IMG/VR virus record: IMGVR_UViG_3300030104_001233
Coordinates: 1-60,643 of that record
Length of the DNA: 60,643 nucleotides
Reading direction: 5' to 3' (one strand)
DNA from: a virus
Taxonomy: Duplodnaviria; Caudoviricetes
Below are positions 26,664 through 34,039 of the stretch, in pieces (position 1 is the first letter of the stretch; the number at the start of each line of letters is the position of its first letter). The notes beneath the pieces were generated by a model. It was not told where the DNA came from, made no database searches, and worked only from the letters and a program-made list of their open reading frames with translations. The translations under genes were made by a program, and so were the position numbers.

Positions 26664-27851
26664 TTAGTCAATGTTAATTGTTTTACCCATAGGGGCAGTT
26701 AGTGTTTTGTGATTAGCGATACCCCACAACACAGGCACAGTCCAATTACCCCAATCGCCAATCTCTCCGTCGGTGAGCACTACAACGCAATCGGGTTTGA
26801 TGCCTTCGTTCTTCATGTAATCAACCACACATTGAGGGGTGGTTCCTCCTCCACCCATTGCGGTCTTAAGTTCGGGGGCTTTCTTTAGTTGGTCACTGGT
26901 GAACACACCTCTGTACTCAACACTCCCATCCCAATCGAGCAGATGAATCTTGTTGATGTCGAGGGTGTCACATATACCAACCATCTCGCTTGTCACTTCG
27001 GTTAGTCTATTCTCAAAGTACATAGAGCCAGATGAATCACGAGCAAACACAATCTCATTAATGCTATTACCTTCTAGCGTAGGCATAATGACATCTTCGT
27101 GTAAGAACCTGCGATTAGGTCTGCGCCATGTAGATCGTTCCTTCTTACGACAAGTCGCATTGAGGAACATCCGCAACGCCACTCGCCAATCTACTTTCGG
27201 TGTCACCAACTCACCAAGACCCAGTGCATCTTGCAGTCCTGCTGTACCTGCTCTTGTCCCGTGCATACTTTGTCTTACAGCTTCGTTAATATCACCTTCG
27301 ACTTGTTTCTGTTCTTCCTTGGACAGCTTCTTCGCTCCTTCCCAGTCATGGTCATCAAGACCACCACCTCCTCCTACTGGTCCTTCTCCTTGCTTTGCTT
27401 TCTCAAGTAAGTCATAGAAGATAGCTTTGACCGCCCAGTCGTGATACTCAGGCATGTGTATACCTATGCGGTTACCATCCTTGTCTACTGGAAACTCAAT
27501 GTAGACTGCATTGGGGTCAGCCGTTTCAAGACGATCATTAATCCAAACATCCAAAGCTATATCAGCAATCTGTTGGTTTATCCTTTCCAACCCTTTGTAT
27601 GTATAGAAATGTTTGGCAGCTTTGTGCATCCATTCGTGCGCCAGTACAAACGCCACACCTTTGTCTCCGTTAGCTATAACATTGAATAGAAAGTCAAGGT
27701 TGTACCATTCGTCTCTACCGTCAGTACACGCTGTAGGTATTTCAGTAGTCATATGAGTATTACCGTACATGGCAATACCACGCAGTAACCCAAACGGCGG
27801 TGACCGCATGAGTCCAATCTTTATAGCTTTAAGTTTTCGTTCTTCACTCAT
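26664..27851 (-). CDS. Metallopeptidase-like plus vWA domain protein (DUF2201 type)
   Basis: TACTDG, HEWMH zinc motif, MIDAS DSSGS, GGGT and VLTDG. Confidence 0.88.
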   Translation of the reverse strand: MSEERKLKAIKIGLMRSPPFGLLRGIAMYGNTHMTTEIPTACTDGRDEWYNLDFLFNVIANGDKGVAFVLAHEWMHKAAKHFYTYKGLERINQQIADIALDVWINDRLETADPNAVYIEFPVDKDGNRIGIHMPEYHDWAVKAIFYDLLEKAKQGEGPVGGGGGLDDHDWEGAKKLSKEEQKQVEGDINEAVRQSMHGTRAGTAGLQDALGLGELVTPKVDWRVALRMFLNATCRKKERSTWRRPNRRFLHEDVIMPTLEGNSINEIVFARDSSGSMYFENRLTEVTSEMVGICDTLDINKIHLLDWDGSVEYRGVFTSDQLKKAPELKTAMGGGGTTPQCVVDYMKNEGIKPDCVVVLTDGEIGDWGNWTVPVLWGIANHKTLTAPMGKTINID

Positions 27852-27863
27852 AGTCGTTCTCCT

Positions 27864-28937
27864 TTATAGTAAGTCCTCATTGTCAGCAGCCCATTGAGCA
27901 AAGTCTCTGTTAGAGAATGCAATCAACTTCTTAGTCTCATGCTTGGCAAGTGCAACACAGAAGATAACTTGCCACTCCTCTTCCATTCGACGTAGGTACT
28001 TCAAGATGTTAGATAGCGTATCCTTCTCGACATGCGTCAGCAGTCCGAAACACAACACCGCACGAGCACCTGCTTCATCTGGTATTAGCGCAGTCGTAGG
28101 AGTCTCTTTGATAGACTGAATTGATGGTAAGGATTCTTGAAAGCGTATGAAGGAAGTAATACTAGCTGCAAACGCTGCCCCCGCTGCACCTGTCAAAGCT
28201 GCTGCTAGAGCAGTATCAGTGTAGTTATCGCGGTTCGCAATGATGCGACTAGCTATCTCCAGTATACGAGGTGATACCACATTGTCATTGGGACTAGATG
28301 GATGAAAGATAAACTCGTTCTTAACCCCATCAAGATAAGAGTCAAGAGCTTGGGGGTATCTGTCCACCCATGCCATCACAATAGGTTCAATGCCGTTGTT
28401 GAGTGCCCATGCCAACCATTCAGGCGCATTGGGTTTACGCACAATCAATTCAACAATACGTTGACGTGTATGTTGGGCCAGACCATCACCCACACCATCG
28501 GTATCAAGGTTACCCGTCATGTAGATAATGCTTCCTTCTGGTATTAGTAAGTCTCCCAGTCTGGGCATAAATACTTCTAGCGCAGGGTGAAGCATATTCT
28601 TTACAGGGTCAGCACCTTTGGTGAATTCGTCAAAGCACATAACAACTGGTTCACCGTTATGGATACCGAACCTAGCATTGGGGTAGTAGCGTGTGACTTT
28701 ATTCTCGTGGTCAATGACAGGCATACACACGTCACCGAGATCGAGATTGCCTACGTCAATAGGTCTACCCATAGCAAGAGGTAATCCAGACTGTCTTGCT
28801 ATTTCGTGAGCAATACTAGTCTTTCCAACCCCCGGCTCGCCTCGGAGCATAAATCTCACGTTGGGGTTGTGGACGATAAGTTGGATGGCTTCGTTAAGTG
28901 TTACAGTTTGAGTTTCATTAATCATTGATATTGTCAT
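27864..28937 (-). CDS. AAA+ ATPase (MoxR/AAA_5-like)
   Basis: Walker A GEPGVGKT, Walker B CFDEF, sensor TGN and SPR motif. Confidence 0.9.
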   Translation of the reverse strand: MTISMINETQTVTLNEAIQLIVHNPNVRFMLRGEPGVGKTSIAHEIARQSGLPLAMGRPIDVGNLDLGDVCMPVIDHENKVTRYYPNARFGIHNGEPVVMCFDEFTKGADPVKNMLHPALEVFMPRLGDLLIPEGSIIYMTGNLDTDGVGDGLAQHTRQRIVELIVRKPNAPEWLAWALNNGIEPIVMAWVDRYPQALDSYLDGVKNEFIFHPSSPNDNVVSPRILEIASRIIANRDNYTDTALAAALTGAAGAAFAASITSFIRFQESLPSIQSIKETPTTALIPDEAGARAVLCFGLLTHVEKDTLSNILKYLRRMEEEWQVIFCVALAKHETKKLIAFSNRDFAQWAADNEDLL

Positions 28938-28951
28938 TCTGTTTCTCCTTT

Positions 28952-28971
28952 TGCATAGGAATTCCTATGCA
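28952..28971. repeat. 20-bp palindrome, copy 2 of 5
   Basis: Exact sequence, abutting the AAGGAG RBS of the AAA ATPase gene. Confidence 0.97.
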
Positions 28972-29005
28972 GATATTTAAAGTTAATGTTAAGGTCGTGC
29001 GCGTT

Positions 29006-29890
29006 TTAATCTCTTCCTCCTTCGTATTTTTTCCAGATGTATTTTTCATTACCGTTAAAAGTCCTTTTGCTCACTTCCCTTTGTTCAAAGAGTTCATCAG
29101 CGAACGCATACTTCACAATGTCGCTGATCGTATCCTTGATTATTTGTTTATCGAAAAGGTGAGTGGTTTGGTACGTTCTTGCTTTTAGATCCCATTTAAC
29201 AGCTCGCTTTCGCGCTGTCTCTAGCATCATAGGTACAAGCCGACCCCATGAGCTTGATCCATCCACGAGGTCTTTGTGGTAGTGCAGAGTCAGGTCTTTG
29301 TATATATCGCGGTAGTACCAATCTTCATGGACACCATAAAGTTTATCCCCTTGCACCTCTTTAGCGTCGGCCAGTTTAGCCATGCGTATGCAATGCTGTT
29401 CAAACTCTTTAAGTGGTTTACGGTGGGCGTTGTACTCCTTGCGTTTAAGGTAGTACTCAAAGTTTTTTGGTGGATCAATGGCAACCCATTTGTCACCTTC
29501 ACGTTTCATCTTGAAGGTTCCGTTTGAGTCAACATGGTAGGATTCAGTGCGACTAAGACATACTTCCGTAAAAAATGCCTTCGTACGGAGATAAACATAC
29601 GGATAGAGAATCCCACTGACAAATGCGTGCGTAGTGTTACTGACGTAACCACCTGAGTGGTACTCAACTGTGCCATCCTTGTAGAAGGTCAGCACGTCGG
29701 TATCGTATAGCCGACACGCTATCGCATCATCACGCTTGATGATCTGCATGTGCTTCTTGCGTCTACCATTTTTAGTCTTACATATGGGGCGTACGTTGTT
29801 GCTGCCCCTGATAGGTTTTATCTGGGTGTAATGTCCCAGTGCTGATTCGTATGAGTGTAGCTGTGGTAAATCTGTTATTCCTCCAAACAT
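29006..29890 (-). CDS. Hypothetical protein
   Basis: 294-aa ORF with GAGGAGG RBS. Confidence 0.8.
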   Translation of the reverse strand: MFGGITDLPQLHSYESALGHYTQIKPIRGSNNVRPICKTKNGRRKKHMQIIKRDDAIACRLYDTDVLTFYKDGTVEYHSGGYVSNTTHAFVSGILYPYVYLRTKAFFTEVCLSRTESYHVDSNGTFKMKREGDKWVAIDPPKNFEYYLKRKEYNAHRKPLKEFEQHCIRMAKLADAKEVQGDKLYGVHEDWYYRDIYKDLTLHYHKDLVDGSSSWGRLVPMMLETARKRAVKWDLKARTYQTTHLFDKQIIKDTISDIVKYAFADELFEQREVSKRTFNGNEKYIWKKYEGGRD

Positions 29891-29905
29891 AATAACCTCC
29901 TCACT

Positions 29906-30091
29906 TTATGATGATCTGTATCTTCGTTTGATTTGCCTAACCACTTCTTCGTGCAGTTCGGGCGCACCCTCCTCCATGACATTCCATAGCATGGAGTCGG
30001 TTTCACGTAACCCTCGTTCAAGTTTGTATATTCGTAGTGCCATGACTACGTTAGCAGCCACAAGTGCTGCTAGTATGAAATTAATATCCAT
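29906..30091 (-). CDS. Small protein with N-terminal hydrophobic segment
   Basis: AGGAGG RBS; INFILAALVAANVVMAL. Confidence 0.7.
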   Translation of the reverse strand: MDINFILAALVAANVVMALRIYKLERGLRETDSMLWNVMEEGAPELHEEVVRQIKRRYRSS

Positions 30092-30121
30092 CTTCTATCC
30101 TCCTAGTTAGTTTGGTTTGCG

Positions 30122-30322
30122 TTATCGTGCGTGAAACTCTCTTGTCAAATCTTCAAATTTTCTATCAAAGGCTCTATGTAAAAACCTTAGTTCGCTTCTA
30201 ATTTTCTCGGCTTGCTCTGGTGTTGTATTCTCATGTACGAGAACAGCAACCCAATTCCTATGAGCAAAATCAAGCGTCCTTTGTAGCTTTTCCCATTTCT
30301 TATTAAACTTTTTCCTTTTCAT
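30122..30322 (-). CDS. Small hypothetical protein
   Basis: AGGAGG RBS identical to that of the next gene. Confidence 0.7.
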   Translation of the reverse strand: MKRKKFNKKWEKLQRTLDFAHRNWVAVLVHENTTPEQAEKIRSELRFLHRAFDRKFEDLTREFHAR

Positions 30323-30325
30323 CTT

Positions 30326-30514
30326 CTATCCTCCTATTTGAAACATGATGATTGTGAATAGACTCCATATAGCTGCTACACCCATACCACCTGCTATGAA
30401 AGCGGATGTGTAGCCCATCCACTTCAATACTGTTACCCAAACAGGGGTAGTGTCTGCCCATACGTGTTCGTTGTGTGGGTCATGTATGTTTAGCTTTTCA
30501 AAGTTGTTATCCAT
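30326..30514 (-). CDS. Small membrane protein
   Basis: Hydrophobic C-terminal half; AAGGAGAACG leader. Confidence 0.7.
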   Translation of the reverse strand: MDNNFEKLNIHDPHNEHVWADTTPVWVTVLKWMGYTSAFIAGGMGVAAIWSLFTIIMFQIGG

Positions 30515-31394
30515 TGTCGTTCTCCTTTTTCTGTTTCCAATTACTTGTATCTATTTTGCTAGTAGCCGTATCGATATGATGTACTAGCTTGTCTCGCCAC
30601 AACTCTTTCTCCTTTAGTTGTCGTTCGAGTCCTACCAAGGTGTTCATTAACCTTTCAGCAACCTCGTTGTAGTACCCACGCTCACGAGTGACCAGAAACT
30701 TAAGTTCTTCCATAGTCAGGTCATCAAGGTCAGCTTCCATGAGGTGGTGTCGCTTGGGTTCCTCCTTCCACGCGTCTACCTGTAGACACCGGAACCCTTC
30801 TTTGCGCCACATATCAACCACGCTTTGCCTATCGTCTAGTATGCACAAGACATCATCAGGGGTTATCTTTAACTCGTACATCATCTCGTACTTAATAGTG
30901 GTGTCCGGTCTATAGTCACCTTCCTTACGCATATACAGATAGGGTCGGCCATCGTTCTTAAGGCTAGAAGGGGAGACAACCCATCTTTGTAACCACTCTT
31001 CTGTCTCTTTGCGTACCACTTCGCTACGTCCTGAGAAGAAGTAGATGAATCTATCGCTAACCTTTTGTAGATCAGTGGGGCGTTCACCATGTTTGCGGCC
31101 AGCGTCATACATATTCCACAGTATCTCAATCACATCCTTGTACGGTTCATCATCCACACACGCTTTGGTGAATGAATCCCAATCTGGACGTAACTTTTTC
31201 TTTAGCTCATCAATCTCCTGTTGATCCTCGGTGCATATATTAGGAAACTTGTTATGGCCTTTTGAGTCGCTGCTTAACGTAGCTATCCTCTTCTTTATCT
31301 CGGCTTCTTTGGGATTCCTGATGTAATGTAGTCTGTGTTCGATGTTGGCTATCGTGCCATCTATGTCACATATGATTAGGTTTTTATCTTTCAT
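30507..31394 (-). CDS. HAD phosphatase of the T4 PNK (PseT) 3'-phosphatase type, with C-terminal coiled coil
   Basis: ICDIDGT, FSGR, MRKEGDYRPD..IK and LDDR..VV.MWR..G..CLQV; no kinase P-loop. Confidence 0.85.
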   Translation of the reverse strand: MKDKNLIICDIDGTIANIEHRLHYIRNPKEAEIKKRIATLSSDSKGHNKFPNICTEDQQEIDELKKKLRPDWDSFTKACVDDEPYKDVIEILWNMYDAGRKHGERPTDLQKVSDRFIYFFSGRSEVVRKETEEWLQRWVVSPSSLKNDGRPYLYMRKEGDYRPDTTIKYEMMYELKITPDDVLCILDDRQSVVDMWRKEGFRCLQVDAWKEEPKRHHLMEADLDDLTMEELKFLVTRERGYYNEVAERLMNTLVGLERQLKEKELWRDKLVHHIDTATSKIDTSNWKQKKENDNG

Positions 31395-31405
31395 TCTCTT
31401 TCTCC

Positions 31406-31597
31406 TTATGTAGTACGTTTAGGGTTTAGTTGCTTTAGTTCATCCTTCGACAGCACCATGTAGTTGCTCTTGTTTAGTGGTGCTATCGTATGTCTTACTT
31501 GTTTAGCTTCGAGTTCTCCACACTCGAAACAGGTGTCAATACCCAAGCTCTTTCGTGCTGGTGAGTATGGTTTGTTACATAAACGGCAAGTTGCCAT
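31406..31597 (-). CDS. DksA/TraR-like C4 zinc-finger protein
   Basis: CRLC...AR...TCFECG; start at MATC after an AAGGAGGAG RBS. Confidence 0.65.
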   Translation of the reverse strand: MATCRLCNKPYSPARKSLGIDTCFECGELEAKQVRHTIAPLNKSNYMVLSKDELKQLNPKRTT

Positions 31598-31619
31598 AGG
31601 TCTCCTCCTTTGTGGTGAT

Positions 31620-31930
31620 ACAATGTTATGAAAGTAATGTGTAATGTTATGCCTAGTATAACAATGTGGTACAAATGTGGAAGCCACGAATACGTTGGTC
31701 TGTAGGAATGTTATGTTTGTATTGTTATATTGTTATGAGAAAAAAGAAAAAAGGTATACGTTTTGTGCTTTGCTTTTTCATTGCACAAGAGGCCCGAACA
31801 AACACTCGTAAAAGTTTGTATGCTCTTTTTTTGTGTAACATTACACAATAGGCCGTTTTGCCTTGTGCATCAAAGCGTTGGAACGTAAAGTTAAACATAA
31901 CATTATAAAATACTGTAACATTGTGGTACA
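31620..31930. other. Putative replication origin: inverted AATGTTA iteron-like repeats around an A/T-rich core
   Basis: AATGTTA at 31622, 31643 and 31707; TAACATT at 31836, 31898 and 31916; A and T tracts between them. Confidence 0.5.
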
Positions 31931-31986
31931 TAGTATGGCGCAGCTCCTCCATAACTATCATCAGTAGCTACTGATGATTTAAGATC

Positions 31987-32006
31987 TGCATAGGAATTCC
32001 TATGCA
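31987..32006. repeat. 20-bp palindrome, copy 3 of 5 (flank in opposite orientation)
   Basis: atc-TGCATAGGAATTCCTATGCA-a. Confidence 0.97.
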
Positions 32007-32045
32007 AGCGAAAATGAGCGAAATCTGGGCACTTTTTTAAGGCCC

Positions 32046-32081
32046 AAAAAAATTGCCCCGCGTAATAAAACACGGGGCAAT
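32046..32081 (-). terminator. Rho-independent terminator
   Basis: Minus strand ATTGCCCCGTG-loop-CGCGGGGCAAT followed by a T run. Confidence 0.85.
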
Positions 32082-32098
32082 GTGTGACGTGGTACGTT

Positions 32099-32215
32099 TT
32101 ACGACTGACGTTTTAACTTGCGAGCTTTTTTGATTGCTTTACGTCTAGCAATATCCTGCTTGAGTCTAGACTTTGAGGCAATGAAAGCTTTATGTTTGAT
32201 TCTGCTATTCATCAT
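32099..32215 (-). CDS. Small basic peptide (38 aa, not in ORF track)
   Basis: MMNSRIKHKAFIASKSRLKQDIARRKAIKKARKLKRQS; GGAG RBS; overlaps the upstream stop codon. Confidence 0.5.
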   Translation of the reverse strand: MMNSRIKHKAFIASKSRLKQDIARRKAIKKARKLKRQS

Positions 32216-32876
32216 TCGCTCCCTTAACTTCTGCTAGGTTATGCTCGATAACACCAATCACATCGATCAAATTCTCAGTAATATATTGTTTAAGCTCTCT
32301 GTCCTTGTTTAATTTCTTTATGTCATTAAACAATGCTTTAATATCACTAAGGCGATTAGTTGCAGAGGTGATTTTGTTTTCTAATCTCTTTTGATTAGAG
32401 ACAGTAGACGTTTTCTTTTTGTCTGCGATCTCTTGCACCAATTCAGAATTTTTCTCTGCACGTTCTTCAGCGTCGTTACTTTGTTTCGTTCCTTGGTACA
32501 ACATAAAGTGACGTTTGAATGTTTGACAGAATTGCGAAAACTCTTGTGCGCCATTGGCATGAGATTCATTAAACTTGCCACGTATACCATTCAATATGTC
32601 ACGAGCATTATCCCAAACTGTTTCAGTCCATCCTTTTGATTCACAGAATTCCTTTCCGTATTTACTTTCGAAGTTTTCGTATTTGGCTTTCGGATCGGCG
32701 TTAACTAACGGGATAATTTCCATATGTGCTTTCGGATCGGTATCACAAGCTAATGCAAAATCCTTTATGCTTGAATCCATATCCTTTTTATTGTTACCAG
32801 TTTTCTTGATCGCATTATGTAATTGTCTTTTTGCTACGCTAATAGATGGAACATCTTTAGTAGTTAGTTTGTTCAT
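32205..32876 (-). CDS. Hypothetical protein, first gene of the early arm
   Basis: Start placed at MNKLTTK because the upstream extension is repeat DNA. Confidence 0.7.
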   Translation of the reverse strand: MNKLTTKDVPSISVAKRQLHNAIKKTGNNKKDMDSSIKDFALACDTDPKAHMEIIPLVNADPKAKYENFESKYGKEFCESKGWTETVWDNARDILNGIRGKFNESHANGAQEFSQFCQTFKRHFMLYQGTKQSNDAEERAEKNSELVQEIADKKKTSTVSNQKRLENKITSATNRLSDIKALFNDIKKLNKDRELKQYITENLIDVIGVIEHNLAEVKGANDE

Positions 32877-32897
32877 AACTTTTTCACTCTTAGTTAT

Positions 32898-32917
32898 TGC
32901 ATAGGAATTCCTATGCA
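32898..32917. repeat. 20-bp palindrome, copy 4 of 5
   Basis: Exact sequence, 21 bp upstream of the ATG at 32876. Confidence 0.97.
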
Positions 32918-32934
32918 GATTATGTTTGACTCTT

Positions 32935-33041
32935 AATGTGATACACGCGCTCCCCCTGTAACAATGTGATACACGCGCTCCCACTAAGTTAATAGTGTGA
33001 CGTGGTACGAATTGGTAAAGAGTGTGACGTGGTACGAATTG
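32935..33041. repeat. Two pairs of direct repeats: AATGTGATACACGCGCTCCC x2 and AGTGTGACGTGGTACGAATTG x2
   Basis: Copies start at 32935, 32963, 32994 and 33021; a third GTGTGACGTGGTACG at 32082. Confidence 0.95.
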
Positions 33042-33055
33042 AGAGCCGATTGGAT

Positions 33056-33075
33056 TGCATAGGAATTCCTATGCA
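33056..33075. repeat. 20-bp palindrome, copy 5 of 5 (22-bp perfect with flanks)
   Basis: t-TGCATAGGAATTCCTATGCA-a. Confidence 0.97.
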
Positions 33076-33104
33076 AAGTGAGAAACTTTCTCTCACTTAT
33101 ATAT

Positions 33105-33132
33105 ATTCTAGCATATTTACAGAATCTTGCAT
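33105..33132 (-). promoter_or_regulatory. Putative early leftward promoter
   Basis: Extended -10 TGcTAGAAT, weak -35 ATGCAA, upstream T tract; 8-bp hairpin at 33076-33098 right at the predicted start. Confidence 0.55.
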
Positions 33133-33253
33133 TAAAAAAGGGTACGGGTGGGGTATACCCCTTTCCACCAATTAAGTACCGCGCCCCTATATACATAATA
33201 ATTTGCACATTGAGTCACACAACTTGACAAACTCAAGTAACAAACTCTAATTA

Positions 33254-33266
33254 AATCAATGACTTA
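33254..33266 (+). promoter_or_regulatory. IHF consensus site in the region upstream of terminase
   Basis: AATCAATGACTTA matches WATCAANNNNTTR. Confidence 0.45.
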
Positions 33267-33356
33267 CCCCCACCCCCCTTCTTTTTATACCTGTCTGGCT
33301 CGCACCCCACCCTGTCCCACACAGAAACACCCCCCTTTGGAGTCCCGTACCTCCTC

Positions 33357-33387
33357 TTGAATACAGGGGGTATACCTGTGTTACACT
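33357..33387 (+). promoter_or_regulatory. Putative rightward promoter for the packaging/structural arm
   Basis: TTGAAT ... TGtTACACT (extended -10; 19-nt spacer is long). Confidence 0.4.
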
Positions 33388-33418
33388 CCGCAAAACTCGG
33401 TATTGCGGATACCTGCGT

Positions 33419-34039
33419 ATGTCAGTTGTACAAGTGGAACCTACAAAGGACCACCCCGTTCCCTACGATTTATCGGAGGAGAAACCTGCGACTCTGATTG
33501 AAGAGATAGCAGTGGCGGGCAACACGGCAGAACTACAAGTAGAAATGGGCGCATCTTTGGATATATCTGAAGGGGATGCGGCTAAAGAGAAAGAATTACT
33601 CCGCGCTGTAGCGGAAGCAAAGAAACCATCAAATCTGACAAATCAGACCACGGCGTTTGCTGCGGCTGCGTTTCTTCGGACCTATGGTGCCCAACTAGCG
33701 ATGGATGCGGCACAGGCACGGTCTGCGATTACTAACAAACTCATGGAAATAGCTGACTGTGGTGACACACGTTACGAGCTTAAGGCATTGGAATTGTTAG
33801 GAAAACACAGTGATATAGGTATTTTTACTGAGCGAAGTGAAATTACCATTAACTACAAGAGTCCAGAAGAGCTGGAAAAAGCGATTAAGGAGAAAGTTAA
33901 GAATCTTCTTAATGCTACGTTGGTAGATGTAACACCTCTAGCCGATGATTCTGAAGAAGAACTGGACGAACTACTGGGTGTGGTCGATTTGGATACTGAA
34001 GAAGAGAATGTAGATGACGAGCACAGCCTCTCCGTTTGA
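33419..34039 (+). CDS. Putative terminase small subunit
   Basis: Directly upstream of and overlapping TerL; helical with LKALELLGKH motif. Confidence 0.6.
   Translation: MSVVQVEPTKDHPVPYDLSEEKPATLIEEIAVAGNTAELQVEMGASLDISEGDAAKEKELLRAVAEAKKPSNLTNQTTAFAAAAFLRTYGAQLAMDAAQARSAITNKLMEIADCGDTRYELKALELLGKHSDIGIFTERSEITINYKSPEELEKAIKEKVKNLLNATLVDVTPLADDSEEELDELLGVVDLDTEEENVDDEHSLSV

Noticed and set aside
31598-31961. ORFs 31666-31851, 31725-31961 and the extension of 31406-31687
   Set aside because: Low-complexity repeat DNA without convincing RBS; the zinc-finger gene has a strong RBS at 31597
32935-33041. CRISPR-like mini-array
   Set aside because: Two different repeat types with only 6-11 bp between copies, no spacer-length unique sequences and no cas operon
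32935-33041. CRP binding sites
   Set aside because: Only the TGTGA half-site is present; the TCACA half at 6-bp spacing is missing
32877-33208. ORF-track N-terminal extension to 32984 and ORF 32984-33208
   Set aside because: They run through palindromes, direct repeats and a promoter, with no RBS; treated as non-coding
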